A DNA stretch of 64,000 nt from a virus (Duplodnaviria > Caudoviricetes). The notes below the pieces were generated by a model. That model did not search any database. It saw only the letters and a program-made list of their open reading frames with translations, and was not told where the DNA came from. Below, one piece after another: positions 59,409 through 64,000 of this stretch. The stretch's first letter is position 1. Every line of letters begins with the position of its first letter. Where the stretch lies: positions 4,832 to 68,831 of IMG/VR virus record IMGVR_UViG_3300034102_001642. One strand, 5' to 3'. The translations under genes and the position numbers were made by a program.

Positions 59409-60101
59409 ATGAATTTTCAAAGAGACATTGTAGCTGCAGATGAATTTGCAATACAAAATTTCCCTGGAGTAATATATCAAGTACTGCATCATGCAGCTAC
59501 AGACTCGGCGAATTATGCTATAGAAAAAATGCAAGAGGCAATGATGTTTTCAAATAGAGAACACTTAAGAAAATATTGTTGTAATTTAATAAAAAAGAAA
59601 AAAAAATCTGTTGTAGTAGAATTTGGAGTTTGGTCTGGAAATTCAATTAATTATTTTGCAAGGGAGTTACCACGGGCTTCCGTGTTTGGTTTCGATTCTT
59701 TCCTAGGACTTAACGAAGATTGGTCTGGTTGGAATTTAAGTAAAGGTATGTTTAATTTAAATGGAATAAGTCCATTAGTTGAAAAAAATGTTATTATTTA
59801 CAATGGCTTATACGAAGATACTATTCCAGAATTTGTTAAAAACAACAATTTTGAAAATGGAATAGATTTAATTCATATGGACTCAGACACCTATATTCCA
59901 ACTATTTACGCATTAAATACTTTAAATAATTTAGTTAGAAAAGGATCAATAATTATATTTGATGAGTATTTTGGTTATCCAAATTGGAGAAATCACGAAT
60001 ATAAAGCGTTTCGGGAATTTGTTTTACAAAATTCAATAAACTATAGATATATAGCTTATTCAGAACACGCAGTAGCCGTAGAAATATTAAAGGCTGGCTA
60101 G
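59409..60101 (+). CDS. TylF/MycF-like class I SAM-dependent O-methyltransferase
   Basis: EFGVWSG.S, GFDSF.GL, G.Y.DT.P, HMDSD.Y, IIFDEY. Confidence 0.82.
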   Translation: MNFQRDIVAADEFAIQNFPGVIYQVLHHAATDSANYAIEKMQEAMMFSNREHLRKYCCNLIKKKKKSVVVEFGVWSGNSINYFARELPRASVFGFDSFLGLNEDWSGWNLSKGMFNLNGISPLVEKNVIIYNGLYEDTIPEFVKNNNFENGIDLIHMDSDTYIPTIYALNTLNNLVRKGSIIIFDEYFGYPNWRNHEYKAFREFVLQNSINYRYIAYSEHAVAVEILKAG

Positions 60102-60104
60102 ATA

Positions 60105-61148
60105 ATGAAAAAAAATACTTCAATAAATGGTCTATGTTTTGACGACATATTGCTGATTCCCCATGATTCATCTCCAATAATAAGTAGATCGCACATAGAT
60201 CTTGCCACAAAAATTGGCAACCCCAATAATCCAGACGCAATATTAAGTATTACTAGCCCTATTATTTCTGCGCCAATGGAATCCATATCTTCTTATGAAA
60301 TGCTTTTTGCACTTAATAAATCTGGCTCAATTGGAATGACATGCAGATCAGAAGATTTAGACATAAAGTTAAAAAAATCCTGTGATATCAACAAAAATAC
60401 AATTGGGGTAACAATAACTACTGCAGATATTTATGACTGCAAAACAATAGATATGATTGTTTCTAAAGGCATTAAGATTATTTTATTAGATGTTGCAAAC
60501 GGACATTTAAAATTAGCAGCAGATTCTGTATCTGATTTAAGATTAATGGTGCCATCGAGCACACACATAATGTGTGGAAATGTAGCGTCATACGGCGCAT
60601 ACAAAATGCTAATGGATGCTGGAGCTGATTCTGTACGTGTAGGCATAGGAGGAGGCGCAGCCTGTACTACAAGGCTTGTAACGGGCTTTGGGGCGCCAAC
60701 GCTAGCCTCGATAATGAATATTTATGAACATGTAAAAAATGATTATGTAAATGGAATAGTTGCAGATGGCGGTATTAAAAATTCTGGTGACATAGTAAAG
60801 GCTTTAGGTGCTGGTGCAAGTGCTGTCATGCTAGGATCTATGCTTGCTGGGCATAACGAATGCGAATCAATAGACGGGAAATATTATCTTAGTGGATTGG
60901 CATCAAGGGAATATATACTGAAAGAAAGGGGGATAGAGGATGTAAAAAATCCTATAATAAGCTTTGAGGGGGTTACTGGTGAAGTAAATCCTAAAGGACC
61001 AGCACTAGAAGGCATATATAATATACTTAATAATATAAGAAGCGCATTTACATATTCAGGTGCGCCTAATATAAAAGAATTTCAAAATAATTTAGAGTAT
61101 ATAGAGGTTTCTCCATCTTCTGCTCGAGAGTCTGGTAGTAGGGTTTAG
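60105..61148 (+). CDS. guaB: IMP dehydrogenase / GMP reductase family protein (no CBS domains)
   Basis: FDDILLIP, SAPM, DVANGH, GNVA, VGIGGGAACTTR, ADGGI..SGDIVKAL..GA..VMLG. Confidence 0.85.
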   Translation: MKKNTSINGLCFDDILLIPHDSSPIISRSHIDLATKIGNPNNPDAILSITSPIISAPMESISSYEMLFALNKSGSIGMTCRSEDLDIKLKKSCDINKNTIGVTITTADIYDCKTIDMIVSKGIKIILLDVANGHLKLAADSVSDLRLMVPSSTHIMCGNVASYGAYKMLMDAGADSVRVGIGGGAACTTRLVTGFGAPTLASIMNIYEHVKNDYVNGIVADGGIKNSGDIVKALGAGASAVMLGSMLAGHNECESIDGKYYLSGLASREYILKERGIEDVKNPIISFEGVTGEVNPKGPALEGIYNILNNIRSAFTYSGAPNIKEFQNNLEYIEVSPSSARESGSRV

Positions 61149-61162
61149 TAGTATAATAGTAT

Positions 61163-61260
61163 TCTGCACCCCTTCATCGGGGAGTCGCAGATTTGTCGGA
61201 GGAGACAGCGACGTTAAATATCTGACACAGTCCTGAGCATGACTTTTTAAAAACTGCTCT
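61163..61260 (+). ncRNA. Candidate structured RNA (two hairpins plus terminal pseudoknot); family not recognised
   Basis: GC-rich intergenic block after TATAAT (61152); stems CCCC/GGGG, TGTCGGA/TCTGACA, AGTC/GACT, GAGCA/TGCTC. Confidence 0.55.
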
Positions 61261-61278
61261 TTATTTTAAAGGAGAAAA

Positions 61279-61890
61279 ATGAAACATATTAGGCTGACGG
61301 AGGATATCTGGTATTATAAAAATGTAGATGAAAATATCTCTATATTGTTAAAAAAAATACAAGAACAAAAAAATTGGTTTGAATATACAAATGGTTTAAA
61401 TCCAGATGGTACAGAATGCCATAGTGGAATTAAAGGCGCCGCTGTGATTGTTTGGCCAAATATGAATCATTATTATGACGTCATGGCTATATTTAAAAAT
61501 GTATTTGAAGATTATGTTGAAAAAAATAAAGAAAGGCTTTCTTTAAATATTACATCGCCAATTGAGAATAATATAGATATAAATTGGATGCCAGAACGTA
61601 CTTGGGTAGATCAAAAAAATATGGTTGTGCGTAAATATACAGAAGGGTCATTTATGTTTGCACATAATGATGGTGGAGTTGGTCTTGAGCCAGCCCTTAC
61701 AGCACTTCTATGGTTTAACGAAGATTTTGAAGGCGGAGAACTAGAATTTCCTGATTTAAATTTAATTGTAAAGCCAGAAACGGCTTCGGTATTAATATTC
61801 CCTAGTAATTTAGAGCATGGAGTTAAAACTCTTATTTCAGGTGAAAGATTTGTAACCTCTGCATATCTATATGAAAATCCCGTGGAGTAA
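61279..61890 (+). CDS. 2OG-Fe(II) oxygenase, prolyl 4-hydroxylase-like
   Basis: HND...WFNEDFEGGELEF...HGV....SGER. Confidence 0.87.
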   Translation: MKHIRLTEDIWYYKNVDENISILLKKIQEQKNWFEYTNGLNPDGTECHSGIKGAAVIVWPNMNHYYDVMAIFKNVFEDYVEKNKERLSLNITSPIENNIDINWMPERTWVDQKNMVVRKYTEGSFMFAHNDGGVGLEPALTALLWFNEDFEGGELEFPDLNLIVKPETASVLIFPSNLEHGVKTLISGERFVTSAYLYENPVE

Positions 61891-61893
61891 AAC

Positions 61894-62301
61894 ATGTTTG
61901 AATATTATGTAAAAAAAGTATCTAAAGTTGTAGACGGAGATACAATTGATGTAGATATAGATCTAGGATTTAATATATCATTTTCATCCAGAGTTAGATT
62001 GGCTGGAATAGATACCCCAGAATCTAGAACTACAGATAAAATAGAGAAAGTTCTCGGCCTAGAGTCAAAATCTTTTTTAAAGAATGCAATAGATTCTGCT
62101 AAAAGCGTTGTAATTAAAACTGAAAAGATGGACAGCTCAGAAAAATATGGAAGAATATTAGGGTGGGTATATCTTGATGGATCAGAAGTTTCAATTAATG
62201 AGCAAATGATATCTGAAGGATACGCTTGGGGTTATCTTGGAGATACCAAAGTAAAAGATTTTGACGCATTAGCAAAGGCTAGGGCAAAAGCAAAAAAGTA
62301 G
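61894..62301 (+). CDS. Thermonuclease (SNase) family protein
   Basis: VVDGDTI...RVRLAGIDTPE...KYGRILG...N..MI.EGYA. Confidence 0.9.
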   Translation: MFEYYVKKVSKVVDGDTIDVDIDLGFNISFSSRVRLAGIDTPESRTTDKIEKVLGLESKSFLKNAIDSAKSVVIKTEKMDSSEKYGRILGWVYLDGSEVSINEQMISEGYAWGYLGDTKVKDFDALAKARAKAKK

Positions 62302-62382
62302 TTGCAATCCTAGTCACCTAAATGGTATAATAATATGGTCACCTGCCAAATGGGGGTGACCATATTACTTGCTTAAAAGGAG
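62302..62382 (+). promoter_or_regulatory. hsp20 promoter and 13-bp leader hairpin
   Basis: TTGCAA-18nt-TATAAT (TGG extended); taatatggtcacc/ggtgaccatatta at 62331-62367; SD AAGGAG. Confidence 0.7.
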
Positions 62383-62388
62383 AATAAA

Positions 62389-62805
62389 ATGGTAACACAA
62401 TTTGCTATGGATCTATTTAAGGATCCATTTTTTATTGGCTTCAACAGAGAGTTGGAGCGTTTCAATAGTCTTAGTAAGGTAAACAATACGGCATTCCCGC
62501 CATATGATTTGCTAAAGCTAGACGAAGATAACTATCAGTTAACGCTGGCAGTTGCTGGATTCACAAGAGAAGATCTGACTGTGTCAATTGAAGACGGAAG
62601 TCTTTGGATCACAGGTGAAATTACAGAGGTAACAGATGCAGAAATTGTCCACAAGGGAATTGCTGCACGTAAGTTCACAAGAATCTTTGAACTAAGTGAA
62701 TACATGGAAGTTTCTAGTGTAGAGCTAAAGGATGGCATGTTGCATATCCGTGTAGTTAGAAATCTACCAAAAGAAAAACAACCAAAAATTCTAAAAATTA
62801 AATAA
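62389..62805 (+). CDS. Small heat-shock protein (Hsp20/IbpA-like)
   Basis: FPPYDL......Y.L.LAVAGF...HKGIA.R.F.R.F.L...L.DG.L.I. Confidence 0.93.
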   Translation: MVTQFAMDLFKDPFFIGFNRELERFNSLSKVNNTAFPPYDLLKLDEDNYQLTLAVAGFTREDLTVSIEDGSLWITGEITEVTDAEIVHKGIAARKFTRIFELSEYMEVSSVELKDGMLHIRVVRNLPKEKQPKILKIK

Positions 62806-62810
62806 CCGTG

Positions 62811-62838
62811 AGACCTGGGTATGTCCTAAAACTACCCA
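62811..62838 (+). ncRNA. Second copy of small pseudoknot motif
   Basis: gac-ctgggtat-gtc-ctaaaac-taccca; covaries with 61229-61260. Confidence 0.55.
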
Positions 62839-62856
62839 CTTAACAGAAAGATTAAA

Positions 62857-63618
62857 ATGATTATTCAAATAATTGGTCTCCCAGGTTCTGGAAAGACAGA
62901 GCTTGCAAAAGCTTTAAAAGAAAGAATTAACGCAATACACCTTAATGCAGATGAAGTCCGTGCAACAGTAAATTCTGACCTAGGCTTTAGTGCTGAAGAT
63001 AGAATAGAGCAAGCAAGACGCATGGGAGAGATGGCAAGATTAATTGCCAAGCAAGGAGTAGCACCAGTAGTAGTTGACTTTGTTTGTCCTACAGAATTAA
63101 CTCGTGCAGCATTTGGTAAGCCAGACATCCTTATCTTCATGGATACAATAGAAGAGGGAAGATTTGAAGATACAAATAAAATGTTTGAAAAACCAACAAA
63201 GTTTAGTTGGATGTTTATGAATCACAGGCTTGATGCAAACGAAAAAGCTTCTGTAATTATTGAAGAGTTTAAATTACACGATTGGTCAGCACCGACTACT
63301 CTTATGCTTGGTCGCTATCAGCCATGGCATGAAGGGCATCATGCTTTGTATTTACAAGCTGGAATGAGAACAAACCAAGTACTACTTGGAGTACGCAATA
63401 CATATAATACTAGCGAAAAGGATCCACTTACATTTGATGAAGTAAAGGGTTATATTGCTAAGGATGAGTTTATGGACGGCGCATTAGTTTTAAGACTGCC
63501 TAACATTACTAACATTGTGTATGGCCGTGACGTAGGATATAAAATTGAACAAGTAGATTTGGGGGCAGACATTCATGCTATTTCGGCTACTGAAAAACGT
63601 AAAGAATTGGGTATCTAG
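62857..63618 (+). CDS. Adenylylsulfate-kinase-like P-loop kinase fused to HxGH nucleotidyltransferase
   Basis: GLPGSGKT..A, LNADEVR.....DLGFS.EDR (CysC-like); GRYQPWHEGH. Confidence 0.8.
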   Translation: MIIQIIGLPGSGKTELAKALKERINAIHLNADEVRATVNSDLGFSAEDRIEQARRMGEMARLIAKQGVAPVVVDFVCPTELTRAAFGKPDILIFMDTIEEGRFEDTNKMFEKPTKFSWMFMNHRLDANEKASVIIEEFKLHDWSAPTTLMLGRYQPWHEGHHALYLQAGMRTNQVLLGVRNTYNTSEKDPLTFDEVKGYIAKDEFMDGALVLRLPNITNIVYGRDVGYKIEQVDLGADIHAISATEKRKELGI

Positions 63619-63686
63619 TTTTGGTGAAGGAATTGCAGATGCAGAAGATAGATTTGTTAAAAGCATATTTGAAGAGGATATAGATC

Positions 63687-63890
63687 ATGAAAGTAACGAA
63701 GACTAGATCATTTGTTAAAGCACTAAGTTATCGCATTTGGGGAACGCTTTCTTCTGTTGCTGTTGCTTATGTTATAACAAAGAATGCTTCACTATCCATA
63801 ACAATTGCATTTTGGGAAACAGTAGTTAAAATATTTATTTACTACGCACATGAACGTGGATGGAACTATATTCAGTGGGGTAGAAAGTAA
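63687..63890 (+). CDS. DUF2061-like small membrane protein
   Basis: RS..KALSYR...T.......E...K...YY.HER.W..I.WG. Confidence 0.8.
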   Translation: MKVTKTRSFVKALSYRIWGTLSSVAVAYVITKNASLSITIAFWETVVKIFIYYAHERGWNYIQWGRK

Positions 63891-64000
63891 TGCCAGTATA
63901 TGAATATAAATGTGGAACTGATGATGCACACGAGACACTTGCAGTAACAAGATCTATCTCAGAAGATGATCCAGGATACACGTGTAAAGAATGTGATTCA
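63890..64000 (+). CDS. FmdB-family zinc-ribbon protein (3'-truncated)
   Basis: MPVYEYKC.....H.............C.EC. Confidence 0.7.
   Translation, partial: MPVYEYKCGTDDAHETLAVTRSISEDDPGYTCKECDS

Noticed and set aside
61163-61260. Assignment as ZTP, SAM or preQ1 riboswitch, or hammerhead ribozyme
   Set aside because: Only fragments resemble these (CATCGGGGAG, CCTGAGCA); the required core motifs and their order are missing, so it is left unassigned.
246-63140. Numerous minus-strand and alternative-frame ORFs in the track
   Set aside because: They are shadows of well-supported + strand genes, with no SD or recognisable motifs; the His/Arg/Ser repeat ORFs (899-1138, 6973-7227) are other frames of the Pro/Phe repeats.
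63575-63706. Possible 43-aa ORF (MLFRLLKNVKNWVSSFGEG...) bridging kinase and DUF2061 genes
   Set aside because: Overlaps both neighbours, has no clear SD and no motif; cannot be supported.
1-64000. Alternative genetic code or stop-codon reassignment
   Set aside because: Core genes are full length under the standard code with all three stops in use, and no suppressor tRNA is present.

Overview
64 kb AT-rich fragment of a large lytic dsDNA tailed phage (siphovirus type). All credible genes are on the + strand. Gene content and order resemble the large Streptomyces cluster BE/BK-type phages and their low-GC freshwater actinophage relatives; this assignment is inferred from gene order, not from a search. 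Layout: 1-15 kb accessory virion/fibre genes plus an array of 2OG-Fe(II) prolyl-hydroxylase-like genes; 15-40 kb head and tail module (portal, protease/scaffold, capsid, tail, 2493-aa tape measure, fibres); 40-58.7 kb replication, recombination and packaging (DnaB, primase, SSB, DnaE, RecA, Cas4-like nuclease, RuvC, terminase); then two tRNAs and auxiliary genes (Dps-like, methyltransferase, IMPDH/GMPR, nuclease, Hsp20, APS-kinase/nucleotidyltransferase fusion). Best candidate for an undescribed system: two unrelated extracellular-type proteins share one C-terminal cassette, [Pro-Pro-Phe-Phe repeat tract]-GFKGK|C-[non-canonical Hint domain]. The second lies directly upstream of five P4H-like oxygenases plus DUF6065, and a collagen-repeat fibre closes that block. 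This suggests a phage-encoded pathway for autoprocessing and proline hydroxylation of virion surface proteins. Other highlights: a twice-repeated covarying RNA pseudoknot, a cobalamin binding/activation module, modular cargo-like segments in the tape measure, a nested scaffold start and a -1 frameshift site.
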